From IMG/VR virus record IMGVR_UViG_3300033696_000004, positions 36,031 through 100,030 of that record: a DNA stretch of 64,000 bases, one strand, 5' to 3'. The translations under genes and the position numbers were made by a program. This document shows positions 16,239 through 24,672 of the stretch, piece after piece. This DNA is from a virus (taxonomy: Duplodnaviria > Heunggongvirae > Uroviricota > Caudoviricetes). The notes below the pieces were generated by a model that was not told the DNA's origin, ran no database searches, and saw nothing but the letters and a program-made list of their open reading frames with translations. Within the stretch, counting starts at the first letter, position 1, and each line of letters starts with the position of its first letter.

Positions 16239-17078
16239 ATGATTTTTAAAACTAACGCAAATGAATTTGAAATTGAAAATAAGACATTGTTGAATACTGA
16301 CATGGTATCTATTCTTGCTCGTCAGAACAATGCAAATCGTGACCTATCATGTGGTCTAGTTGATAAGATTTCATCTTCGGTTAAAGAATGTAAATGGTGC
16401 TTCGAGTTCCTAGAAGGAAAAACACTTTACGTTGATAAATCAAACGGAGAACTTCTTTCTGGTCAGCATCGCTTGAATGCAATGGTAAATAACAATTTGC
16501 AAAGCTGGTCGGTTGTTATCCAATACGTTGATAAAGATTGGTGGCTTGTGACTAGTAATGAGAAACGTTCGTCTGTGGATAAAACGACAATGGCATCTCG
16601 TCGTAAGTTTTCTGGGAAACAAGCTGCGTGTGTAGTTGCGTGTAATGGTCAAATCAAAGCCGTGACATCTGGATATAGTACGACATCTGGTGCTTCTGGT
16701 AAGAATAAGATGACAGAAGAAGATATGGTAGTCATGTACGGAGACAGTATCGAAGAATGTTGGAATCTCATTCCAGCACTAATTCGTCAAAATGACCAAT
16801 TATGTCGCTCAATTATCCTTTTGTATATCTGTGGATATTTGACGAAATCTCAAATTAAGAGTTTGATTAATCCAGAATCACGTTTGTATAAGGCGTGTGA
16901 ATGGTTGATTAGCGAAAAAGAATATGGTTACGCTATCAAGCAACTTGCTTACGGTGTAGCATGTATCAAACACGCAATGTCAACAACACGCAACACAAAA
17001 GACTACTCCAAAATTGATGAAAAGTATAAACCGCAATATGTTAAAACTGGAAAATACATTTTTTCAGATTTTTCATAA
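16239..17078 (+). CDS. hypothetical protein, possible ParB/Srx-like nuclease domain
   Basis: 279 aa. LSGQHRLNAM resembles the ParB-N GxxR/HR motif. Weak call. Confidence 0.35.
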   Translation: MIFKTNANEFEIENKTLLNTDMVSILARQNNANRDLSCGLVDKISSSVKECKWCFEFLEGKTLYVDKSNGELLSGQHRLNAMVNNNLQSWSVVIQYVDKDWWLVTSNEKRSSVDKTTMASRRKFSGKQAACVVACNGQIKAVTSGYSTTSGASGKNKMTEEDMVVMYGDSIEECWNLIPALIRQNDQLCRSIILLYICGYLTKSQIKSLINPESRLYKACEWLISEKEYGYAIKQLAYGVACIKHAMSTTRNTKDYSKIDEKYKPQYVKTGKYIFSDFS

Positions 17079-17081
17079 TAA

Positions 17082-17108
17082 AAGGCTACCTTCGGGTAGC
17101 CTTTTTTG
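17082..17108 (+). terminator. rho-independent terminator
   Basis: Same aggctaccttcgggtagcc hairpin as at 16128, plus T run. Confidence 0.65.
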
Positions 17109-17137
17109 TTTACAGATACCAATTTATAGTGTATAAT
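17108..17137 (+). promoter_or_regulatory. T4-type early promoter
   Basis: gtttac 17108-17113 and tataat 17132-17137. Confidence 0.5.
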
Positions 17138-17167
17138 CTTGACATAAATCAACAAAGAGGAAATCAA

Positions 17168-17818
17168 ATGAAATTAGTTGCTATTGAGGGAAGCATAGGG
17201 ACAGGTAAGTCAACGCTACTTCCGAAACTAGTGAAATCATTATGTGAGCGTACAAGTGATGAATGGGTACAACTCCAAGAACCAGTTAATGATCCTGAAT
17301 TCCTTCGCTTACTGCAAGAATTTACTCAGAATCCAGATGACGCAGTGAAGCGTATTGAATTTCAGATGTACATTACTAATCGTCGTTCTGAAATGCTAAA
17401 AGACATCGATCCAAATGGTAACTATGTTATTGAGCGTAGTTTGTTCTCTGACCTCGTATTCTGCCAAACGAATATGCTTGCTACTGAACGTCCAGATGGT
17501 GCTTACCTAGGTTATTATTATGACATTAAAGACCGTCTAGAACATTATCCACGGGTTAATGCGTTAATCTACTTGAAGTCTGACCCTTATAAGTCGTATA
17601 ACCGCATGTTGGAGCGTGGTCGTGCTGAAGAAGCTGGTACTCCATACGAGTACTTTATGGACTTGGAAGCGTTCCATGTAGCGTGTTTACCTCAAATCTG
17701 TCGCAACTACAAGACCCCTTACATTGAGATCGATTGGACTGATTTTGGTGATGTTGAAGAAGTTGCAAAGAAAATCGAATACACCCTAGCTTATCAAGAT
17801 CAAGTTGGTACATGGTAA
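17168..17818 (+). CDS. deoxynucleoside kinase (dNK family)
   Basis: 216 aa from the ATG at 17168 (RBS aaagaggaaatcaaATG). P-loop IEGSIGTGKST and the ERS/DR motifs of the dCK/dGK family. Confidence 0.7.
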   Translation: MKLVAIEGSIGTGKSTLLPKLVKSLCERTSDEWVQLQEPVNDPEFLRLLQEFTQNPDDAVKRIEFQMYITNRRSEMLKDIDPNGNYVIERSLFSDLVFCQTNMLATERPDGAYLGYYYDIKDRLEHYPRVNALIYLKSDPYKSYNRMLERGRAEEAGTPYEYFMDLEAFHVACLPQICRNYKTPYIEIDWTDFGDVEEVAKKIEYTLAYQDQVGTW

Positions 17819-17824
17819 TAATAG

Positions 17825-17861
17825 TTGACATAATAAGTGCATGTGATATTATCACATGCAC
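17825..17861 (+). promoter_or_regulatory. nrdB promoter with overlapping 12-bp inverted repeat operator
   Basis: ttgaca 17825-17830 and tattat 17847-17852. The perfect inverted repeat gtgcatgtgata-t-tatcacatgcac (17837-17861) is centred on the -10. Confidence 0.5.
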
Positions 17862-17880
17862 AAACAAATAGGAAAAAATA

Positions 17881-18903
17881 ATGTCAGATTCACCGCATAA
17901 TCTATATAAAACGTTGCCTATGTACCAAGAGCAAGTTGGTATGATTACGAAATACCCCGAATTTGCTAAACTCGCAGATGAACAAATGCATACATTTTGG
18001 CCCCATGATGAACCTAAAGTCGATGATGACATTCATGACTTGCGTACTCGCTTGACTCCATCCGAGTTGAATGGAATAACAATGGTTCTAAAGTTGTTCA
18101 CTTTATACGAACGTAAAGTGGGCGAAGATTACTGGTCTGGTCGTATTACACGTACTTTTAAACGTCCAGAAATTCTTCGTATGTCAACTATGTTTAGTGC
18201 AGTTGAAGAAAATTCACACGCACCATTCTACGATAAGGTTAACGAAGCTCTTTATCTAAACACGGAAGAGTTTTATAACTCGTGGAAGGAAATCAAAGAA
18301 CTAACAGACCGTATCGAATTTGTTGGTCGCTCAGTTAGTGACCCTGATGATGCTAAGTCGTTTGCAGCGTTTACTTTTATCGAAGGTTCTGTTCTTTATA
18401 GTTCGTTTGCATTCCTGAAGCACTTCCAAGCTCAAGAATGTGGAAAAGATTTGATGCGTAACATCTGTCGTGGTGTTGATTTATCCGTAGCTGATGAACA
18501 TGCTCACTCGTTAGGTGGAGCAATGCTTTTCAATCTTTTATGTACGGAAATGAAAGAAAACCATGGCATCGACATCCGTGCTCAGTTACAAGATGAAGTT
18601 TACAAAATGGCTCAAGAAGTATACGATCATGAATGTGGAATCATTGATCTAGTTTATTCTCAAGAAATTTCTGGCATCGATGGCGAAGATTCAAAGGTAT
18701 TCGTTCAATCACGTATCAATCTTTGTTTAAAAAACATGGGTTATGAACCTATGTTCATTATCAAATCAAACCCGATTGCGGAATGGTTTTATAAATCAAT
18801 CAATAGCAAAAAATTAACTGATTTCTTTACTGGTTCTGGTTCTGAATATAACATCAACTGGAATCGTACTGGTTTTTCATCTGTATGGACAAAGGCTCAA
18901 TAA
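17881..18903 (+). CDS. nrdB: ribonucleotide reductase small subunit (class I, NrdB-like)
   Basis: 340 aa. Two E..H iron-ligand motifs (SAVEENSH, ADEHAHS) in a ferritin-like helical context. Lies immediately upstream of the RNR large subunit. Confidence 0.75.
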   Translation: MSDSPHNLYKTLPMYQEQVGMITKYPEFAKLADEQMHTFWPHDEPKVDDDIHDLRTRLTPSELNGITMVLKLFTLYERKVGEDYWSGRITRTFKRPEILRMSTMFSAVEENSHAPFYDKVNEALYLNTEEFYNSWKEIKELTDRIEFVGRSVSDPDDAKSFAAFTFIEGSVLYSSFAFLKHFQAQECGKDLMRNICRGVDLSVADEHAHSLGGAMLFNLLCTEMKENHGIDIRAQLQDEVYKMAQEVYDHECGIIDLVYSQEISGIDGEDSKVFVQSRINLCLKNMGYEPMFIIKSNPIAEWFYKSINSKKLTDFFTGSGSEYNINWNRTGFSSVWTKAQ

Positions 18904-20589
18904 ATGTTTGAACAAATTTCTCAAGAACGTAAACAACTACAACTTACTGGTGAAGTTCCTATGTGGTATACCACACAGGGATACCTTATGTTCAAACGCA
19001 AATACGCATACCAAGGCGAAACTGTTCGTGGAGCGTTCCATCGCATTGCATCTCACTTATCACCACTTGACGGACATCCAGAAGCTTATCAACGTTTCTT
19101 TGATCTGTTGTGGTCTGGTAAGTTAGCACCAAGTACACCCGTTATGTGTAACGTAGGTACTGATCGTGGTATGTCGGTTTCGTGTGCTGGTAACTATGTA
19201 GGCGATTCGGTTGAAGCTTTCTATGATAGTCTATCTGAAGTTGCTATACTATCGAAGAATGGATTTGGTACTGCATCATACTTGGGTGATATTCGTCCTC
19301 GTGGTTCTCTAATCAAATCTACTGGAGAAACTGCTGCTGGTGTAGTTCCTGTTATCGATACTTACATCGATACCAAATCAAAGATTTCCCAAGGCGGTCG
19401 TCGTGGCGAATGGGCTGCTTATGTCAATGTCAACAGTGACGACTTCGATGAAATCATCGGTTATCTTCTAAAGAATCCTGCTGATACTAACATTGGTTGG
19501 GTTTACGAGAAAGAAGATTACGAAGCATTGAAGGCTGGTGACCCAGAAGCATTACGTCGCTGGAATGAAGTCTTGTATGTTCGTGCTCGTGTTGGTAAAG
19601 GTTACATGTGGAAGAACTGGATTGCTAACGAACTAGCTCCACAAGCGATCAAGAATAGCGGAATTAAGATTCGTTCTTCTCAATTATGTACAGAAATTGC
19701 ATTACCATCTGATGAATTTCATACATTCACTTGCATTTTAAGTTCATATAACTTATCATTATGGGATGAAATGACTGACGGAGACCTAAAGTGGGGTGTT
19801 CGTTTCTTGGATGCTATTTGTACCGATTTCTTAAATCAGGCTCGTGGCAAAAAGCACATGGAAAAAGCTGTACGCTTTACAGAAAAAGCACGTGCTCTAG
19901 GTTTGGGTACATTAGGTTTCCATTCTTACTTACAGGACAACATGATCCCGTTTGAGTCTGGTGAAGCCCATATGGTCAATAATCAAATCTACAAGCGTAT
20001 TTGGGATGTTACATTAGAAGCATCTAAAGAACTAGGTGCAGAAAAAGGTATCCCTGAATGGTGCGAAGGTACTGGTCAGCGTAACGCAACATTACTTACA
20101 ATTGCACCTAACATGAGTTCTGCTCTGTTGTGTGGTTCTAAGTCTCAGGGTGTAGAACCTATTGTATGTAACGCATACGAACAACAAACTAATGCTGGTA
20201 ACATGGTTCGTACTAACCCTGCTTTTGTTAAGCTTGCGAAAGAGAAGGGAATGTACTCAGAAGAATTGATGTCGGACTTGGCTATCAACTTCAATGGGTC
20301 AGTTCAACATTTGGGTTGGTTAACCGACCACGAGAAAGCAGTATTCAAGACTGGCTGTGAAATTAACCAAATGGCTGTTATTCGTTTAGCGTCTGCTCGT
20401 CAACGTCGTATCGACCAAGCGCAATCAATCAATCTTCAGTTCGCTGGAGACGAAAAAGAAGAAGTAATCGCTGCTGTGCATAAAGCGTTCATGGACGATC
20501 CACGCATGAAATCACTTTATTACTTACGTTCTGAGCGTGGTGTAAAAGCTTCTACTGGTGAGTCAACATGCGTTGCGTGTGAAGGGTAA
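18904..20589 (+). CDS. nrdA: ribonucleotide reductase large subunit (class I, NrdA-like, no ATP cone)
   Basis: 561 aa. Catalytic-core motifs (PVMCNVG, GFGTASYLGDIRPRGS, GGRRGEWAAYVNV) and a C-terminal CVAC redox pair. Confidence 0.8.
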   Translation: MFEQISQERKQLQLTGEVPMWYTTQGYLMFKRKYAYQGETVRGAFHRIASHLSPLDGHPEAYQRFFDLLWSGKLAPSTPVMCNVGTDRGMSVSCAGNYVGDSVEAFYDSLSEVAILSKNGFGTASYLGDIRPRGSLIKSTGETAAGVVPVIDTYIDTKSKISQGGRRGEWAAYVNVNSDDFDEIIGYLLKNPADTNIGWVYEKEDYEALKAGDPEALRRWNEVLYVRARVGKGYMWKNWIANELAPQAIKNSGIKIRSSQLCTEIALPSDEFHTFTCILSSYNLSLWDEMTDGDLKWGVRFLDAICTDFLNQARGKKHMEKAVRFTEKARALGLGTLGFHSYLQDNMIPFESGEAHMVNNQIYKRIWDVTLEASKELGAEKGIPEWCEGTGQRNATLLTIAPNMSSALLCGSKSQGVEPIVCNAYEQQTNAGNMVRTNPAFVKLAKEKGMYSEELMSDLAINFNGSVQHLGWLTDHEKAVFKTGCEINQMAVIRLASARQRRIDQAQSINLQFAGDEKEEVIAAVHKAFMDDPRMKSLYYLRSERGVKASTGESTCVACEG

Positions 20590-20642
20590 ATAATCAACTA
20601 AAGGGGCGAATAGCCCCTTATACTAACAATTAGGAAATCAAA

Positions 20643-20882
20643 ATGTCAAAACCACAAATTCTATTATTCGGTGCAGACTGGTGTCAAACATGTAAACTTA
20701 TGAAACCTATGCTTCAGCGTATTGGTGACGTTACTTACATCGACGTTGATGAAGACGTAGACACTACTGCGAAGTATGCAGTTCGTTCTCTTCCTACATA
20801 CATCAACTTAGAAACTGACGACCGTGGTACAGGTCCAGCTAAGAACATCGCAGAACTTAAAGAAGTTCTAGGTATTGAATAA
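20643..20882 (+). CDS. thioredoxin
   Basis: 79 aa. WCQTC active site (CxxC) and thioredoxin-fold layout. Adjacent to nrdA. Confidence 0.75.
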   Translation: MSKPQILLFGADWCQTCKLMKPMLQRIGDVTYIDVDEDVDTTAKYAVRSLPTYINLETDDRGTGPAKNIAELKEVLGIE

Positions 20883-20885
20883 CAA

Positions 20886-20909
20886 AGAGACCTTCGGGTC
20901 TCTTTTTTC
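20886..20909 (+). terminator. rho-independent terminator
   Basis: gagaccttcgggtctc hairpin plus T run. Confidence 0.65.
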
Positions 20910-20919
20910 GTTTTATAGG

Positions 20920-20948
20920 TTGACAACAAATTATAATCGTCTATACTT
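20920..20948 (+). promoter_or_regulatory. early promoter (TTGACA, 17 bp, TATACT) with conserved 5'UTR module
   Basis: ttgaca 20920-20925 and tatact 20943-20948. The segment ctatacttctcacatcaac is repeated verbatim at 29383-29401. Confidence 0.45.
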
Positions 20949-20987
20949 CTCACATCAACCAAACAGAGGAAATAAAAAGGAGTTGGA

Positions 20988-21233
20988 ATGATAAACTGGT
21001 CTAAGAGTAAGGGAATTAAAGTCACCATTGAATATGGGGAATATTTGGTGGATGGTAAGTTTCAATTAATTTACATGGTTTGTGTTGGGAATAATGTAAT
21101 AGAAGGTATTGCAAGATTCAAAATCAAACCAACGAAAAAGGAGTTGCGTAAACTAAAACAATCGTGGTATACTTTTGTCAAATGTTATGATTATGTCACA
21201 CCACCTAAATTCAACGGTAAAATTTTTAAATAG
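20988..21233 (+). CDS. hypothetical protein
   Basis: 81 aa ORF with RBS ggagttggaATG. Confidence 0.45.
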   Translation: MINWSKSKGIKVTIEYGEYLVDGKFQLIYMVCVGNNVIEGIARFKIKPTKKELRKLKQSWYTFVKCYDYVTPPKFNGKIFK

Positions 21234-21242
21234 GAAATAAAA

Positions 21243-22193
21243 ATGGGTTCATTCAATACATCATGCGCAGTTACAAATACACCAATTATTGAAGGTCAAG
21301 ACGTTCGTTTGTTCTTCCTTATTGCTGCTGGAAACTATAAAGGTTTGTTCGCTGGTTGTTCATGCTACTCGTATGACAACTATCAAATCCTAGGTCTGCC
21401 AGTTAAAGCAAAATACGATGACTATGGTCGTTATGCAATCGATGATGAACTAGAAGAATATACGCTAAACGAAATACGCAAGCGTTATGTGATGAATAAA
21501 GTAGCCGAAGGTAAAACAATCAAAGACTACAGTCATCATCATGACCACATGGAAATCGAAGCAGAAGACCTAGATTCTATGAAGATTCAAGACATGATTC
21601 ACAGTGGTCGTCTGAATGTTAGTACATACAACCGCGAGCCTGTTCATGTTCAATTCATGGCTGTACACGAAGAAGTGTTCCAGTACATGGTATCTGGTGA
21701 CATGCAAACGGGTTGGGGCGATGAACGTAAGACCATTAACGTTGAATCCAAGACGAACGAATTCCGTGAGTTGTATAACTGCGACCCGATGGATACTGAT
21801 TCATACCGTTCTGTCATGCGCTTATTGAAGACCCAACGTGATGAAGGTAAGCTGTCATCAGAAGAGTTTGAAGTTGCTATTAATAACTTAATGGATAAGC
21901 GTGATCTGTTCCGTTCTTTGGGTAGTGATAAAATTCGTAGTGAACACATCTACCAATTCAGCTCTGACGCACTGTTTAAGGTCGAATCTGAAACTAAGTT
22001 CAAGACTCTTGCTGAACTTTACTTTTTCGACGTACGTATGCAGCAACATAACTTAATGTACCAATCAACTATGTTGTCTGGTCAATGCTACGACTTTAAG
22101 TCCGAAGCAAAACGTTTCCGTGCATTAGCTGACATTATGGATAACCTCCATGCTGCTCGTGGTTGGGATGACGAAGACGAAGACGAAGAATAA
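21243..22193 (+). CDS. hypothetical protein
   Basis: 316 aa acidic protein. No motif recognised. Confidence 0.5.
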   Translation: MGSFNTSCAVTNTPIIEGQDVRLFFLIAAGNYKGLFAGCSCYSYDNYQILGLPVKAKYDDYGRYAIDDELEEYTLNEIRKRYVMNKVAEGKTIKDYSHHHDHMEIEAEDLDSMKIQDMIHSGRLNVSTYNREPVHVQFMAVHEEVFQYMVSGDMQTGWGDERKTINVESKTNEFRELYNCDPMDTDSYRSVMRLLKTQRDEGKLSSEEFEVAINNLMDKRDLFRSLGSDKIRSEHIYQFSSDALFKVESETKFKTLAELYFFDVRMQQHNLMYQSTMLSGQCYDFKSEAKRFRALADIMDNLHAARGWDDEDEDEE

Positions 22194-22250
22194 AAATAAT
22201 AGTTGACACGTTAAATTATTCTGATACTATCTACTGCATCAACTAAACGG

Positions 22251-22598
22251 ATGAAAATTATGAAACATTTCAACAATAAATCATTATTACCAGAAGTTAT
22301 CCTAGCTCTACCTAAAGAAGAATATAATGATGGTCTATCTACTGGAGACTCTTTTACTACGGATGAAGTAAAGGTTCGTATGGGTAAAACCAATTTTGGA
22401 ATCTACATGATTTCTGTATGCGCTACCAATGAAATGACTGGTGAGTTTTACAAGCCTAGTCATTTAGTCATTGCGACATTCGGTTATAAATCAAATGGGA
22501 TGATATCTTTCCATGGGAAGTTAAGTAGTCGTCGTACAATTCGTAAGCGTATCAATCAGTTAAAGAAACTGACTAAATTTAAGTTTACAACCAAATAA
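22251..22598 (+). CDS. hypothetical protein
   Basis: 115 aa ORF downstream of a TTGACA promoter. Confidence 0.45.
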   Translation: MKIMKHFNNKSLLPEVILALPKEEYNDGLSTGDSFTTDEVKVRMGKTNFGIYMISVCATNEMTGEFYKPSHLVIATFGYKSNGMISFHGKLSSRRTIRKRINQLKKLTKFKFTTK

Positions 22599-22616
22599 AC
22601 TTATAGTATTATAAAC

Positions 22617-22931
22617 ATGTTCTCAATTAAGGAATGGAATATGAATATTTTAGAAGATAAGCAACTTAAAAACCTATCAACTGAACGTCTTGTTGCATTA
22701 AAGAAGCAACTAAACAAAACTGTAGGTCGTCGTCGTCATGATGTCGAAAGTACAACAATCGAAACAACTCCTGAAGATTTTAAAATCTATCATGATTATG
22801 TAGATTTCGCTGTACGTGTTAAAGACATCTTATCGGATCGTGAAAATATCGACAACATCGGTCGTGGTCATAAACACAATCATGATAAGCGTGATCGTCG
22901 TCAAGGTGCGGATCGTAAACGTAATTATTAA
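22617..22931 (+). CDS. hypothetical protein
   Basis: 104 aa, basic C-terminus. Confidence 0.45.
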   Translation: MFSIKEWNMNILEDKQLKNLSTERLVALKKQLNKTVGRRRHDVESTTIETTPEDFKIYHDYVDFAVRVKDILSDRENIDNIGRGHKHNHDKRDRRQGADRKRNY

Positions 22932-22971
22932 TATTTGATGGGGAGTTCGCTCCCCAATTAAAGGTAATTCT

Positions 22972-23556
22972 ATGTTAACTAAAATTTTAAATTGGTTAGG
23001 CTTGAATAAGCCAGTCAAATCCAATAACATTGGTCTTAACTTTGATGGTACTATCCCATCGATTAAGTCCGAATTGGATAAGCTAGAAGCTAAAGACGAG
23101 AAGCTTAACGAAGCAAATCGTAATGAACGCGAAGCTGCAAGACGTAAAGACTTAGAAAACGACTTTATTCTTGGTGAAGTTAAGGAATGCATGACTACAC
23201 GTGAAAAACGTTTAGCTGAAATCAAGAAGAAATTCGAAGATGCTGCTAAAGAAAAGGAAGAAGAACGTAATTCTGGTACTTACCGTTATGTTCCACCTAA
23301 AGACCCACGCAAGCGTTTACGTTCTAAGTATAAAACTGATGGTAGTCGTAATATTAAACCAGTTTCTAAGCCTGATGCTAAATGTCGCTCAGAAGCTCGT
23401 CGTACAGCACGTACAAACAATGATGACTCTTACTACGATGATACTGCAACACGCAGTGCATCAAGTTACACGAGCCATAGTAGCCATGATTACAGTAGTT
23501 CATGTGATTCTGATTCGAGTTCAAGCTCATGTGGTTCATCTGGTAGTTGTGATTAA
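22972..23556 (+). CDS. hypothetical protein with Ser/Cys/Asp-rich C-terminus
   Basis: 194 aa. Coiled-coil-like N-terminus and a low-complexity SSCDSDSSSSSCGSSGSCD tail. Confidence 0.45.
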   Translation: MLTKILNWLGLNKPVKSNNIGLNFDGTIPSIKSELDKLEAKDEKLNEANRNEREAARRKDLENDFILGEVKECMTTREKRLAEIKKKFEDAAKEKEEERNSGTYRYVPPKDPRKRLRSKYKTDGSRNIKPVSKPDAKCRSEARRTARTNNDDSYYDDTATRSASSYTSHSSHDYSSSCDSDSSSSSCGSSGSCD

Positions 23557-23644
23557 AATAAATTAAAATAATAGTTTACAAACGGTCAAACGTTTGATAC
23601 TATAGGTTCATCGAGTTGAGGGAGACTTCTTCTTGATGAACAAT

Positions 23645-23766
23645 GTGGGGTTAGCTCAGTCTGGTAGAGCAAAAGAATGTTAAGTAAAGTCTGTCAAGAC
23701 TTTCTCCAGCAAACTTTAACTAAGTAAATCTTTCGGTCGGTGGTTCAAATCCATCACCCCACACCA
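23645..23766 (+). tRNA. tRNA-like gene A with 45-nt insertion 3' of an intact GUU (Asn-type) anticodon loop
   Basis: Perfect acceptor gtggggt/accccac, D arm gctc-agtctggta-gagc, anticodon stem aaaga/tcttt and T arm ggtgg-ttcaaat-ccatc with CCA encoded. Between the stem halves lie the loop atGTTaa and then 45 extra nt containing the hairpin agtct-gtca-agact followed by ttcTCCAGC. The insert is flanked by the direct repeat taagtaaa. Confidence 0.55.
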
Positions 23767-23770
23767 AAAT

Positions 23771-23890
23771 GGACGGTTAGCTCAATTGGGAGAGCACTTT
23801 ACGATAGTTATCCTGTTAAGGATACATTCAGCGTATTAATCATGCCTATTAAGCAAGTGGTTGCTGGTTCGAATCCAGCACCGTCCACCA
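23771..23890 (+). tRNA. tRNA-like gene B with ~50-nt anticodon-arm insertion
   Basis: Acceptor ggacggt/accgtcc, D arm gctc-aattggga-gagc and T arm gctgg-ttcgaat-ccagc with CCA encoded. The interior holds the hairpin ttatcc-tgttaa-ggata followed by caTTCAGC. Anticodon not assignable. Confidence 0.5.
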
Positions 23891-23914
23891 TTCTAAAATT
23901 TAGAATACTTTTGT

Positions 23915-24037
23915 CGAGGTGTAGCTCAGTGGCAGAGCACGTATAGAGGTTAATCTGACAAGATTACGTTCAGCACCCCATTCAAATTGCATATGGAGCA
24001 CGGTTGCGTTTGGTTCGATTCCAGACCACCTCGACCA
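23915..24037 (+). tRNA. tRNA-like gene C with ~46-nt anticodon-arm insertion
   Basis: Acceptor cgaggtg/cacctcg (perfect), D arm gctc-agtggca-gagc and T arm (g)tttgg-ttcgatt-ccaga(c) with CCA encoded. The interior holds the hairpin taatct-gaca-agatta followed by cgTTCAGC. Confidence 0.5.
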
Positions 24038-24050
24038 AAAGTATTTTAGC

Positions 24051-24173
24051 ATAGAAGTAGTTCAGTTGGTTAGAACACCGACCTTATAAAGAACGCAATC
24101 TGATAAGATTTGTATTCAGCAATTATTTCTAACGTCCCGTCGGGGGTCACAGGTTCGAGTCCTGTCTTCTATG
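24051..24173 (+). tRNA. tRNA-like gene D with 49-nt insertion 3' of an intact UAU anticodon loop
   Basis: Acceptor atagaag/cttctat, D arm gttc-agttggtta-gaac, anticodon stem ccgac/gtcgg, loop ctTATaa intact, then a 49-nt insert with the hairpin aatct-gataa-gatt followed by gtaTTCAGC, and T arm acagg-ttcgagt-cctgt. Confidence 0.55.
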
Positions 24174-24198
24174 CAAAATACTTAATAAAATAATTCGG

Positions 24199-24316
24199 AG
24201 AGAGTTGGGGTAATTGGAAGCCCACGTAGGAGTTATCCCGAAAAGGATACGTTCAGCATTCTACCACATCACTCATATAGATCGTGACACAGGTTCGATT
24301 CCTGTACTCTCTACCA
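24199..24316 (+). tRNA. tRNA-like gene E with ~45-nt anticodon-arm insertion
   Basis: Acceptor agagagt/actctct, D arm gggt-aattggaa-gccc and T arm acagg-ttcgatt-cctgt with CCA encoded. The interior holds the hairpin ttatcc-cgaaaa-ggata followed by cgTTCAGC, near-identical to the hairpin of gene B. Confidence 0.5.
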
Positions 24317-24360
24317 AATTATTTTAATTATTATTATTATTACACAGTGAAGGAAACATC

Positions 24361-24648
24361 ATGGAAATCATTACAAAGTCAATCACTAGTCCAAAAAAGA
24401 TTCGTGTTACTGTTTCTCCATCCGATAATCAAATTCGGTTGAAGACTAACCCAACCAATCCAAATAAAGATTTGGCATTGAAAGTTTGTCGTATGATGCA
24501 GCCTGATTTTGAAAAGTTAGAAAAGAGTATGCGTGGAGACATGTATTTCGCTGAACATGTAGTTCAAATTACACTGTATAATGATTCTAGATCTGAAAAA
24601 TCAGTTCATCGCTTCTCAAATGAAGCTGTTGCACTTTGTTTATTATAA
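24361..24648 (+). CDS. hypothetical protein
   Basis: 95 aa ORF with RBS gaaggaaacatcATG. Confidence 0.45.
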   Translation: MEIITKSITSPKKIRVTVSPSDNQIRLKTNPTNPNKDLALKVCRMMQPDFEKLEKSMRGDMYFAEHVVQITLYNDSRSEKSVHRFSNEAVALCLL

Positions 24649-24672
24649 TCAACCTGAAAGAAGGAAAGTAAA

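Noticed and set aside
23645-24316. Possibility that the five long tRNA-like genes are CRISPR-like or tandem direct repeats
   Set aside because: The units differ in sequence (different acceptor stems, different inserts). There are no identical repeats with unique spacers. The repetition is structural (tRNA architecture), not a CRISPR array.
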